Translations under genes and position numbers: made by a program
The notes under the pieces: model-generated
Databases searched by the model: none
What the model was told of the DNA's origin: nothing
Seen by the model: the letters and a program-made list of their open reading frames with translations, nothing else
Source: Azolla caroliniana
Lineage: Eukaryota > Plantae > Polypodiophyta
Assembly (NCBI GenBank): GCA_043228905.1
Contig: JBHGNT010000001.1
Location: 22,320,001-22,384,000, forward strand
Length of the DNA stretch: 64,000 nucleotides
Direction: 5' to 3'
Shown: in pieces, positions 12,832 to 25,800 of the stretch
How the letters are laid out: each line of letters opens with the position of its first letter
Numbering within the stretch: position 1 is the first letter of the stretch

Positions 12832-13710
12832 ATCTGGTATCAGAACGAACAACACAGAAAATGGAAGAATCGTTCGGTGGCATGTTCAAGCTCACTGCCT
12901 CCAACTACTCAGTGTGGAAGTCGAAGATGAGGGATATGCTGGTGGTCAAAGATCTTTGGTTGCCAGTTTAGTTCGGGGACAAGAAACCGGATAAGATCAA
13001 CGCCACAGTGTGGGAGGTGATGCACATGAAGACAACGACATACATCCGGTGCTTCATCGACATGAACCTGTAAAACAATTTCAATGAAGAGAGTAAGGCT
13101 CATGAACTCTAGTAGAAGATCAACATCATGTTCCAAAACAAGAATGCCGTTAATCGGGTTTCGGTATTCCGGAAGCTAGTGAGGCTCCGGTACCAAGACG
13201 ACTCCAGTATTGAGGAGCACACGAATGCCTTCCAGGGATGAATACACCAAGCAACCTCGTTGGAAGTACCTCTCACCGATGTGGTACTCACATTGCTCCT
13301 GCTCGGTTCCCTCCCGGATAGCTGGGAGACGCTAGTTGTCACATTGGGCAATGCCGGGCCGGAAGGCAAACAGTTGTCCCTAGCAAGGGTAAATTCAAGC
13401 TTGCTAGATGAAGAAGCTTGCCGGAAGAACCGGGAGTCCGGAACCGATCCGAAGGCTTTGGTCACGGAAGATGACCACAACTGGGGAAGAGGTCAGTATT
13501 GGAGTCCCCAAAACCGGGACAAATCGGGGACGAGGTCGAAGTCAAGGGGGAGGCCTACTTGCTTCTATTGAGGGAAGCTGGGACACTTCCAAAAGAACTG
13601 CTAGCATTTCCGGAAGGAGAAAGAAACTGACATTACCGATTCGAAGAAGAGTTCGGACTGAAACGGTTCGGATCGGCGAGGCCCGGATCGGAAAGGAACG
13701 TCGGCAAACG

Positions 13711-16700
13711 TGCAGAGAGGGAATAAACACATAGAGAAACTGAATTCAAAACACTGTGTAAAACTCTATACATAGGATGTGCTCAGAGAGCACTTTTATA
13801 CAAGTTCATATGGATTGACAGAAGTACTGACACGTACTTCAATGCTCATAACTAAGCTCCTACACTAACTCCCAAATATATTCCCTTGCAGAATATCTGT
13901 TCAATGGCCTCCTGGTTTCCTCACTGATCCGACCTCTTTTTGTGCACTAGTTTGCACACTAGTTTACGCACCGATCCGGCCTAACCGATCGGTTCAGACC
14001 GATCTGGTTCTCTCCTTGCACAGCTGATCCGGCCAATGTTGAGTTGGTATCTCAACACTTCCCCTCAAGCTCAACTTGAGGCTCTCCTGGTCCTTCACTC
14101 TGGTTTCTCTTGACTTCACGCCTCGCTCGCGCTCCTCGACCCGTTCAATTTTGCGCGCCTCAACCCTTACAATCGGCTTGTCTACTTGTGCGGCATTTTC
14201 CAGCTCTCTGGCTTTCACGGTGTTGGCGCCTCCTATGCTGCCCTTTCTTCCAATTGGCCTTTAGTTGATTTGGCGTCTCGGAATCAAGCATCTGAGCCGA
14301 ATTGGCTGCCTCCGATTCGTCTCCGCTTTTGTCTGAATTGGTTGTCTCCAATTCGTCCTTAATCTTGGCCTTCTCGCCCTTGTTGGCTTCATCTCCCCCA
14401 TGCTTGGTTGGCTTTGACTCTTTCTTTTGGCTGCTACCCTCTCATCCATATCCATACTCTTCCGCAGACCCACCTTCGGCTACTTCAACCGACACTAAAT
14501 CGAATTCGTCATCCGATTTGGCGTCGCGGTCATTTCTGCTCCTTTCCTGCTCCTATCCATGGTCTTGCGCGACTTTTCTCCCCCTCAAGTTCAGCACGTC
14601 GAAGTGCCGCAACCTAAGTGCACTCGAGAATCGCCGCAACTTGTCCAAATCAAGGGGCTTGGTGAAAATGTCGGCGTTCTGCCAATCCATCGAAATATAC
14701 TAAAGTTCAACGTCACCAGAGAGGACACGCTAGTGGACAAACGGGTAGTGCACCTCAATGTGCTTAGTCTGGGCGTGGAAAATGGGGTTCTTTGCAAGTT
14801 GGATGTTGTTGACGTTGTCGTAGTAGATCGTTGTCGGACTGGACACCTCCACCTGCAGATCCTTGAGTAGTCGTTGCAACTATATAGCTTCGCACGTTGC
14901 GACAGCCGCTGCTCGATACTCGGGCTCAGTGCTCGACAATGCAACTGTCGGCTACTTCTTGCTACTCAACGCGATCGCGGCGCTCCCAAGGGAGAATGTG
15001 AATCCGGATGTGGATCGGCGATCACTAGCATTTTCGGCCCAGTCGGCATTTGTATACCCGACTAGTTGCGCGATAGTACCAATCCGATATAGTAGCCCCC
15101 GGTTGTTAGTGCCACCGACGTAGCTGAGTACGTGTTGTGCACACTGAAGGTGCTCCTTGGTTGGCCGTGCCATGAATTGCCTAATCAAGTAGAATGGGTA
15201 ACTGATGTCCTGGGTCGCAGTCCTTTCCGGAGTTGGGGCGAAGCTTCGTGGTTCTATCTAGAGGAGTTGAGACGGACCTACCGTCTGCCATTCCGATCTT
15301 GAAGAGCATACTAAGCACATAATGCCATTGGCTGAACTTCGATCCCGAGAGAGTAATGAAGGTCCCCCAGGTCCTTCATATCAAATGATGCCGCAAGCTG
15401 GAGCTTTACGCAGTCAATTTCACCTAGGTCGACGCCGGCGATGACCAACTCATCATCATAAAGTTAAATACTAACCGGCCCAAGTTGACCTTGACAGACG
15501 AACAATGAAGAGTCCGATTTGGACGTCACAAATCCCATCCGACACATTTGTTGCGTGATCTTTGCATTCCAAGCACGTGGGGCTTGCGTTAGTCCGTAAA
15601 GGGATTTCTTCAACCGGCATAACGCTGAAGTGTTCGTTCTGGAGTGAAATCTGGGGGGCAGTACCATGTACACTTGTTCCTCAAGCTCGCCTTGCAGGAA
15701 CACATTCTTTACAACCATCTGATGTAACTGCCACCCCTTCACTGCAGCTACGACAAGCAAAACATAGGCAGTCTTCATCTTCGCGACTGGCGCAAACGTC
15801 TCATCGAAATGAATGTCGTGTTGCTGCGCATAGCCTTTTGCTACTAACCGGGCCTTCTAAGGGTTCACCGAACCATCAGTGTTGTACTTGACCTTGTACA
15901 CCCACCTACATCCAATGGGCTTTACACCCTTGGGGGGTGTCAACCAGGTCCCACGTTTCATTCTCCGCAAGTGCGTTCATCTCTTCCTCCATGGCGGCAC
16001 GCCAATTCACGTCCTTTGCCGCTTCATTGTAGCTCTCCGGCTCATGCACTTTTGTGACACGTGTCATGTACGCATACTAATGCGCCATGTATTCATTGTA
16101 TCCGAACCACACAATAGGGTTCTTGTGGCGGGTAGATCGGCATAAATGCTCATTAGCCGATGTTGAGGCCGTTCTGGCCGACACGGTCTTCGCTTTTCAA
16201 GGCCCTTCATCGCTCTTCTCGTAGTTAGATTCGCGTTGATTTGACTCGTCCTTATCTTTGCCGTACTTCGGCATCTTCTTTTTTCCCTTTTCTTTGCGCG
16301 TAAACCGTCTCTTTGGCTTCCTGCGCGGCGAATGCATGGCCGAGTCTCCACTACTCGCCGACTCTTCATCTAACTAGTCAAACCGATTCATTCGCTAATT
16401 CGCTCCACCTAGCCAAAATGAGATCGGACTCTCGTCAAGAGTTGTGACTTTGCGTTCATCAGAACGCATATCAACCATGCTGACCTCATCTTCAGAACTC
16501 GGATTGGAGTCGAGGTCCAGAGTCTGAGGCAAATACCAAGACGCAGACTTATCGAACACAACATCGCAATTTACATGAGCTTGTTTGGTTCGGGGGTTAT
16601 AACACTTATAACCCTTCTGTTCGCCCGAATAGCCAACCAAGATACACTTCTCGGCTTTCGCGCCCAACTTCATCCGTTTCTCCTTCGGCACATGCACATA

Positions 16701-19510
16701 CGCGATGCTACCGAAAACCCTCAAGTGGTGTAGATGCTACCAAATACAGCCCATGTGCCGACACTTTTCCTCCGATCCGATTCTAGATGTAGACCGCGGT
16801 TTGAACTGCTTCGGCCCAATAGAACTTGGGCATGCTCTTTTCTTCCAGCATTGCCCGCGCCGCTTCCACAACCGACCGATTCTTCCTTTCGGCTATGCCG
16901 TTGTGTTCCGGCATATACCTGCAACTGAATTCGCGCCGAATTCCCATTTGTTGCAGATAACTATTGAATTGGCCAGAAAAGTACTCTTTTCCACCATCCG
17001 ACCATAGGCATTTGATCTTCCTCCCTGTTTCCCTTTCGACAAGATTTTTGAAGTTTCGGAAATAGTCGAAGACTTCACTCTTCTTTTCGATGAGGTAGGT
17101 CCAAGTGTGCCGAGTGTAGTCGTCGATGAAGGAGACGAAATATCGACTCCCGTCAAGACACGTTCTGTGCCGGTCCCCATACATCGGAATGTATCAGGTC
17201 GAGCATATTTCGAATCCGATTACGCTCGTTTGGGAAAGGAAATCGGTGTTCTTCCCTAGTTGGCAGGCTTCACAAATTTGGGCCTTTCGACCACATAATT
17301 TCGGCAATCCGAACACAACTTGTTTCGATTGCAGATCCTGAAGCCTTTGGTAGTTGATGTGGCCTATCCACTTATGCCACAAGTCGATATCCGACTCGAC
17401 TTTTTGTCCTTTCACGAACATGGCAGTGCATACATCATTGGTGTCGAGGATAAACATCCTCTCATCTCTGCGCCCTTGCGCAATAATTTGGCCTTCTTCC
17501 TCGGTGAAGCACCCAAGATGCGTGAGCTGGACTTGCATCCCCTAGTCGATGATCTGTTTGACCAACACCAGATTCTTCGTAATTGTCGGCATGTGTAACA
17601 CGTTCATTAGCTTCCCTTTTTCCCCAATGTGGATGACGGGAGCTTTACCGACATGTATAATCGGATGCAGACTGTCGTCTCTTGTTGCGACTACTCCAGG
17701 TTGTTCCGGTTTTTCCAGATATGAGAACCACTCTTTATGGTTCGTCATATGTTTTGACGCTCCGAAGTCAACATAGCACACTTTGTCCGATTTCAGGGTG
17801 GTCTTCTTCATCGAGTTCGCTTCGTGTCTTGTCAAGAAGGCTGCCTCCTTTCAAACTTTTTTGGATCCTTCGGCGTAGTGTGTCCGCTGCCGATTTCCTT
17901 GTTCGGTCCGTCCAGATCCAGATCCGGTTTTCTCCGAATCGGCACACTTCTTCCAGCACACATTCTCCTTGTGGCCTTTCTTGCCACAATACCAGCATTC
18001 CGCGACGTGTTTCCCTTGCCAGTTCTCGTCACCTCTTCGACTCCCCCTACTTCCGAAGGGTTCGGAGTTGTTGTCATCATCACCATGATGCCTTCTTCCT
18101 TGCTCCCATCGGTCGCCTCCATTGCACGCCAACTCACCTTGTCCACCATGACCGCGGGGCCTATCTCCCTCCGTATATAGCATCTTGTTGTTAGCATGTG
18201 TACTCGTCGACGCACCCGTGTGTTTCTCCTCTACAAGGAGCATCGACTTCAAGTTGAAAAACGATGGCGTATTCTCCCTTGTACAAAAAACAGTATGGAA
18301 TGCTCCAAACATCGACGTCAATCCTCTGAGGTAGATCTGCACCAATTCGCCCTCCTGAACGTTCATATTGATGGAGGCGAGGGAGTCCCAGATATCCTTT
18401 ATCTTCGAGGTGTAGTCAACCACCGTCATATCACGTTGATGCACATTGCTCAACTCCTGCCAGACTTGGAGCTTTCTAGCTATGGTGCTTGCGGAGAAAA
18501 TCTTTTTCAGATTTCCCCACGCATCCTTCGGTGTTCTTGCATCCCGAATGTAGCTCAAGAGCTGTTCGTTCACACAGGACACGAAGCAGTAGAGAACTCT
18601 ACTCGTCGAGTGTTCCCAGGCCGGGAAGTCTCTCTTTGTCGATTCGGGTGCTATATCATTCGCTCCCTCAATATATCTCCAACATCCATGTTTGAGAAGG
18701 TACCACGCATCCTTCAGTGTTCTTGCATCCCGAATGTAGCTCAAGAGTTGTTCGTTCACACAGGACACGAAGCAGTAGAGAACTCTACTCGTCGAGTGTT
18801 CCCAGGCCGGGAAGTCTCTCTTTGTCGATTCGGGTGCTATATCATTCGCTCCCTCAATATATCTCCAACATCCATGTTTGAGAAGGTACTGGTGCATCTT
18901 GTACGACCAAGATGTGTAGTTACTTCTGTTGAGCTTCTCAGTTGGAACCGAACTAGCCATACGTCTATCCTTCTTCTTTTTCCTTTTTGTTCTTCACCGA
19001 GATTAGTTTTTTTTGTTTCGAGCTGAAGTCAGATGCAAAGGTTCTCAACCCTCTCACTCTGATACCATATGAAATGTTACGTGCGGAAGCCATACGAGAC
19101 ACAGAATACTGACAGGGAAAAACAACTTTAATAGAGAGCTTAAGACACAATGTGCACGGTAGAGACAGAGAGGGAATAAACATACAGAAAAATTGAATTC
19201 AAAACAATTTGTAAAACTCTATACATAGGATGTGCTCAAAGAGCACTTTTATACAAGTCCATACGGATTGAGAGAAGTATTGACACGTACTTCAATGCTC
19301 CTAACTGAGCTCCTACACTAACTCCCAAATATATTCCCTCGCAGAATATATGTTCAACGGCCTCCCGGTTTCCGCACTAATCTAGCCTCTTGTTGCACAC
19401 CGGTTTGCGCACCAGTTTACGCACCAAACTGGCCTAGCCGATCGGTCCAAACCGATCCGGTTCTCAGCTTGCATAGCCAATCCAGTCAATGTTGAGCTTG
19501 TATCTCAACA
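13711..19510 (-). mobile_element. Ty1/copia B1 (Bryco-like), inverted insertion in A1
   Basis: 5' LTR 19068-19510, iMet PBS 19057-19067, gag MASSVPTEKLNRSNY (17851-18960), INT, RT, RH, PPT 14058-14069, truncated 3' LTR 13711-14057. Confidence 0.92.
18517..18888 (-). repeat. In-frame 186-bp tandem duplication in B1 gag
   Basis: 62-aa block YLLKHG...KDAW repeated; two nucleotide differences seen. Confidence 0.92.
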
Positions 19511-22500
19511 AATTGTGTCAAGTGAAGAGGAACTAATGGCCATCACTGAGGAGAATGAGTTAAACCTTGTCAGCGATGAGACAACCTGGCTTGTCAATTC
19601 CGGAGTGTCGTTCCACCTGACACCGGATCGGAGATGCTTCTCATCCTATAAATCCGGTGATCATGGTTGTGTCCGGATGGGGAATGAAGGGACATGCCGA
19701 ATTATCAGGATAGGAGATATGCTATTGACGATGTCAACCGGATGCAAGGTGCTATTGAAGGATATCCGACACGTTCTAGAGGTTCGACTGAACCTGATAT
19801 CAACCGGTCGGCTAGATGATGAAGGCTACATGGGTAGCATCCTAAACGGAGTCATGAAGTTTAGCAAAGGGATTCTAATAGTGGCTCAAGCCTGGAAGGT
19901 CAACACACTGTACTTGACGGAAAGAAGTGAACGTAGCATCTGACACTACTGGTGAGCTGTGGCACAAGAGACTGTGTCACATGAGTGAGAAGGGGAGGAA
20001 GAGGTTTGCCAAAGACAATCTCATTCCGGTAAAGGTCGGCAAGCCAAACCGAACCTCCTTCTAGTCAAGACCACCACTGAGACGGAATGCACAACTAGAG
20101 ATGGTGCATACCGATGTGTGTCAAGTGGACACGAAGTCACATGCGGAAGCTATGGGCCTCACCGTTGAAGACGAAGGATCAGGTGCTATCCATCTTCAAG
20201 GAGCTCCACACGAGAGTGGAAAGAGAAACTGGTCGGAAGCTAAAGGCGGTTCGAGCAAATAACGGAGGAGAATACCGGGGGCAATTCGAGGAGTACTATC
20301 GATTGAAGGGAATCCGGCTTGAATTTACCGTGCCGAAGAAGCCAGAACTAAACCGGCTGGCCGAAAGGATGAACTGGACCATAATGGAGAGACTCTAAAG
20401 CATGCTCGCACATGCCAAGTTACCCAAGAAGTTTTGGGTTGAGGCGTTGATGATGGAGACCTATGTGATAAACAGATCACCCTTAGTACCCTTGGGAGGA
20501 GACTCACCTCAGAAAGTATGGAACGGTAAAGATGTATCTTATCGGCATCTGATGGTGTTCAGGTGTCTCACATACGCGCATGTGGTGAAGGAGAAGAGAG
20601 GAAAGCTAAATCCGAAGTCTAGGCCATGCATATTCCTTGGATACGGCAATGATGAGTTCGGTTACCGGGTGTGGGATCTGGTCGACAAGAAGGTGTTCCG
20701 GAATTGGTACATAGTCGTCATGGAAGACATGACCATTGCCGACTGGGAGTCGGAGAAGAAGATGATCAACTCTGGATCATCCAATGAGGACACAAGGACC
20801 TACCCAGTTGAAAACCGGATGTTGGCCGGAAATCGGAGGACACTCGACGAACAAGAAACCGAACTGACCAAAGAAGAAGAAGAAGAAGAAAACATCGGAA
20901 CTGGACAAGATCCCGAATCGGATTCCGATTCGGAACTGACGAAGGACCCGTTGTCAGAAACCAGCGATGGAGATATTCTCTCTGAAAGAGAAGAGCCCCC
21001 CAGAGATTTCCAAATGCAGAGCATGTGTTGGTAACCGATGAGGGGGAGCCAGAAAGCTTCAAAGAAGCAAAGAGACACACCCACAGCCACAAGTGGTTGA
21101 GTGCCATGTAGGACGAGTTGGATTCCCTACATGAAAACCACAGTTATGAACTGACGGAGTTGGCGAAAGGGAATAGAGCATTCCGGAACAAGTGGGTGTA
21201 CAAGCTGAAACTGGGAGACGCCGGAAATCCACCAAGGTACAAAGCCTGGATCGTGGTGAAGGGCTTCTAGAAGAAGAAAGGAGTGGACTTCGATGAGATC
21301 TTTGCCCTGGCAGTAAAGATGACATCCATCCGGATGGTATTGGGCATAGTAGTAATCATGGACCTCGAGGTAGAGCAACTGGACGTCCAGACGACATTCC
21401 TCCATGGTGACCTCGAAGAAGACATCTACATGCATCAACCGGAAGGATTTGAGAAGAAAGGGAAGGAGCACCTGGTGTGCCGGCTGAAGAAGAGCTTATA
21501 CGAACTAAAGCAAGCTCCCTGGCAATGGTACCAGAAGTTCGACTCCTTCATGACCGACCAAGGGTACCACAAGATGCAAGCCGATCACTGCATGTTTGTG
21601 AAGAAATTTGACGGAGGTGACTTCCTGATATTGCTCCTATATGTGGATGATATGTTGATTGTCGGATGAGACCAAGGCAAGATCCGGATGCTGAAGAAGG
21701 CTCTGAACCGAACCTTCTCAATGAAAGACTTGGGGCCGGCAAGACAGATATTGGGAATGCACATCATCCGAGACCGGTCGAAGAAGCTATTGTGGTTGTC
21801 ACAGGAGAAGTACGTGACAAAGGTGCTTCAACGGTTCAACATGTCGGAGGCGAAACCGGTCAGATCGACACTTCTGGCAAACTTCAAGCTATCCGGAAAA
21901 CAAAGTCCGAGGACAAAGGCAGAGAAGACGGATATGATGAAGAAACCATATGCCTTTGCCGTCGGAAGCTTGATGTACGTGATGGTATGTACCCAGCTGG
22001 ATACAAGATATGCAGTCGGAGTGGTAAGCCGGTTCATGAGCAATCCCAGTAGAGAGCATTCAAACGCGGTCAAGTGGATACTCTGGTATCTGAAAGGCAC
22101 CTCGAGTATGTGCCTCCGGTTCGGCTCCAGTAATCCCCAACTTGATGGACTCACAGATTCAGATATGTTGGCTGATGCAGATACTAGTCAGTCTACATCC
22201 GGATATGTCATGACTTATGCAGGGGAAGTTGTTTCGTGGCAGTCAAGGATGCAGAAGACGGTTGCGTTGTCAACCACGGAGACATAGTACATGGCAATTG
22301 TAGAAGCCGGCAAGGAGATAATCTGGATGAAGTACCTCATCGGAGAGCTAGGAATCCAACAGGAGGAATATCGGCTCTAGTGCGATAGTCAAAGTGCCAT
22401 CCATCTTGCAAAGAGCGCGGCCAACCATTCCCAAATGAAACATATCCAACGAAGGTACCATTGGATCCGAGAGGGAGTAGAAGATCAAGAGTTCATGCTG

Positions 22501-22645
22501 ACGAAGATCCACATGGAGGAGAACGGGTTGGATATGCGTACCTAGGTATTGACAACTGACAAGCTAGACACGTGCCAAAAGCGGATCGGGCTGACGAGAC
22601 ATCCCATGCTGGAGTGAAGGGGGAGATTGTTGTGAAATCCGATAG

Positions 22646-22850
22646 TCTGGGCTTGTATAAAAGGTGCTCACTGAGCACAAAGTATGTACAGAGTGTCATT
22701 ATTTTGAAATAGAACTGAGTTTTCTTCTCTCTCTCTCTGTCTATCCCTCTCCATCTCCATCTCTGCGTTTTTTGTGTTTTACCAAATCGTCGTTCTCTAA
22801 ACGGTGTAATCTGTGTTTTGCATACGCTTCCACACACATATTCTTTTACA
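22646..22850 (+). mobile_element. 3' part of a B-family copia LTR fused to the A1 3' LTR start
   Basis: GGGCTTGTATAAAAGGTGCTCACTGAGCACA and GCTTCC..TTTTACA match B-family LTRs (compare 42041-42226). Confidence 0.75.
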
Positions 22851-25800
22851 AAAGTGGACGTGGAAGCCGTAATGAGCAAAGATGGCAAGAAGAACGACCC
22901 CAATATATGGTTTGGAACCCACACGATGACCGACAATATCGGAATCGCCGGAATAACAACGATTCCGAGGAAGACGAACCAGAGAATGAAGACTACCGTG
23001 GCAAACATAGAAATACTAAAGGGGGTCGACGCTATGAGAATTACTGTCCGACGAAAAACGGGGCGGCTTCAATGGGAATCACGGAAAACATCGTCAGTAT
23101 CGAGATCAACGGCGGTACGATGAAAGTTCAGACGATGACCGGCACCAGGAATCGCGCTGGAACCAAGAACAACCACCACGTACGCTCCAAAGAACGAACT
23201 AGGACCAGGAGGAGCAAGTCCCGCCTGGGGATCGACACACACCACCAGTTGTCGAGAAAGGAGAATCTAGCGTCTATTGCTTTGTTTGCCAACAACCCGG
23301 ACATTATGCCATACAATGCCCATTACGCAAGGGCGACGAGCCTGCCATCAATATGATTACGGCGGAAGTGCAGCAAGTCACGACACAACAGCAAACAAAA
23401 AATGTCGATTGGGCCGCGCAAGATGAGATACGTCAGATGGCCCGAGCATGGGTTGAAAAAGCAAACACGGAAAATACGAAACGCATGCGGAAGGAGTCCG
23501 CAAACATGGTGGAGCCGACGGAGGAGGATGTAATATCTCCAGATCCCATATGGCAAGCACTGGCAGACTGTGAGATAACGCTAACCATGGAGAAGCTACT
23601 TCAACTAGTCCCATTGTTCCGCCAGGCCGTGGAGGATCGTATAACGAGCAGACCTGGGGTAAGGGTCTCCGCAAATTTTACGGACATTACAGCCGGACCA
23701 ACAGTGGTGGATCACCACAATCCGGCTATTAGTCTGATACTACTCGGTCAGGAAATCCTAGGATGTGTAATCGACAATGGCTATGGCGTCAATGTAACTA
23801 GTGTGAAGACATGCGAGCAATTGGGAATTTCAGAATGGGAAGTTGCCCGTTTTGGCTTCGCATGGCGGATACCCGCTCAATACGGCTATTGGGTTTGATA
23901 CGCAAGATAGGCATTATCATGGGAGGACATCGCTTCGACGTTTCGGTGGTAGTTCTCGCCCTCAATGCCCCAGGAGTGTCCTATGCTGTTGGGCAAACCG
24001 TGGCTTCATTCAGCGAATATCAAGCAGAGCTAGCAACATAAGTGCATCAGCTTTCGACACAGATGCACCAAGGTTCGCGTACCAACAGAGGAAATGGCGA
24101 CACAACCCAATTGCATAACACCGTTATACGCGGAGGATATAAATATGTTGGCTGGGGTGGATGATACAAAATTAGAAGTATACCTTGATGAGCACCCCTG
24201 GATCATTCCGTTATTCGAAATTGACGTCGGAGTATGCCACGCTCGCTAGCTCTATGACGAGTTTTATGAACCAAACCTAGAGTCAATATTAGAACTAAGC
24301 AGAGCACGGGCAACGTTCGAGAGGGAAATGGAAATTTCACGACGAGTCACTGCCTCTGCCCTGGAAGAAGTAAACGTGGGTACGGCGTCAGAACCCCAAT
24401 TCGTCTCCATTGCAAAAGAATTACTGCCGGATCAAAGAGACGCGATGATAGCACTACTCAGGAAGTATATAGATGTGTTCGCCTGGTCCCACGAGGACAT
24501 GAAGGGGTTAGATCTGAGTTCTATCAATATAAGATCAATTTAGCGACCGATGTGAAATCGGTCCAACAACGTCGATACCGCATGAACCCAAACTACGCGG
24601 CTTGCGTAAAAGAAGAAATTGACAAACTCCTCAAGGCCAGATTCATACGACCAGTCAAACAAGCTACATGGTTAAGCCCGATAGTGGTCGTACCAAAGAA
24701 AAATGGCAAAAATACGTGTGTGTGGACTACTGGAAATTGAACGCAGTAACCATTACCGACACATTCCCTTTACCATACACCGTCGTAGGGCATGACATGT
24801 ACAACTTTTTAGATGACGTTTGTCACGGACTAGGGAGTCTATGTCGCAGTCGTCATGAGGTTTGGGCTAAAGACGGCATTGGCTACATTTCAACATACAA
24901 TCATGGAGATTTTTGGGGAATATATTACGGCCTTCATGCAAGTTTTTTTAGAGAATTTTGCGGTATATGGGACAACAACTGACCATTTTACGCACCTGCA
25001 GCTTTGCCTGGAGCGTTGCCGAACCACGCGCTTAAGCCTGTATCCCGCCAAATGCGCCTTCGGCGTTACCAGTGGGGCTCTCCTTTGCCACATAGTCAGT
25101 AAGGAAGGGATAGTGGTTGATCCGAACAAAATATCCGCGATTACTCATGCGAAAACACTGACAAACATGAAAGCACTTAGCCGGTTTCTGGGACATATAC
25201 GATGGCACAGTCGGATGATACGCTATTTGGAGGATTTCGCCACGCCATTACATGCCGCCGTTCATCAGACTCCTTTCAAATGGACAACAACAGAAGAGAA
25301 GGCGTATGATGCACTAAAGATAATGCTGACGCAGGCACTCGTCGTACAACCACCAATTTGGGCGAAGCCATTCCACCTGTTCGTAGATGCGTCAGACATA
25401 GTAATAGATAGTGCGCTAATGCAGCTCACGGAGCCGAATTGGTACCAGCCAGTGTACTACGCTAGTCGAAAACTATCAACAGCTGAGCGTAACTATTCCA
25501 CAACAGAACGTGAGGCGTTGGGTATGATATACAAGATCAATAAGTTCCGGCATTATCTGTTAGGGCGGAAATTCACGTTTCACGTGGATCATTCAACATT
25601 GCTATATTTGGTAGGGAAACAAGTGCTGACAGGGAAATTGGCTAGATGGATGCTACTGCTTCAAGAATTCGACTTTGTAATTCAGAATAGATAACGGTGA
25701 AACGACGCAAAAGGATGACGACGACTTTCCAGATACGGACATTCTATGTGTAGCAACTCTAGCAAAATGAACGGAAAAAACTTTTCCAGATCGGTGGCTG

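Larger units (their letters stand above)
12280..22645 (+). mobile_element. Ty1/copia A1 (Tork/Tnt1-like), interrupted by B1; 3' LTR truncated
   Basis: 5' LTR 12280-12831, PBS TGGTATCAGA 12835-12844, gag from 12861 (FKLTASNYSVWKSKMRD), PR/INT/RT/RH 19511-22617 (LLLYVDDML, CDSQSAIHLAK), PPT GAAGGGGGAGAT, 3' LTR start TGTTGTGAAATC at 22628. Confidence 0.9.
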
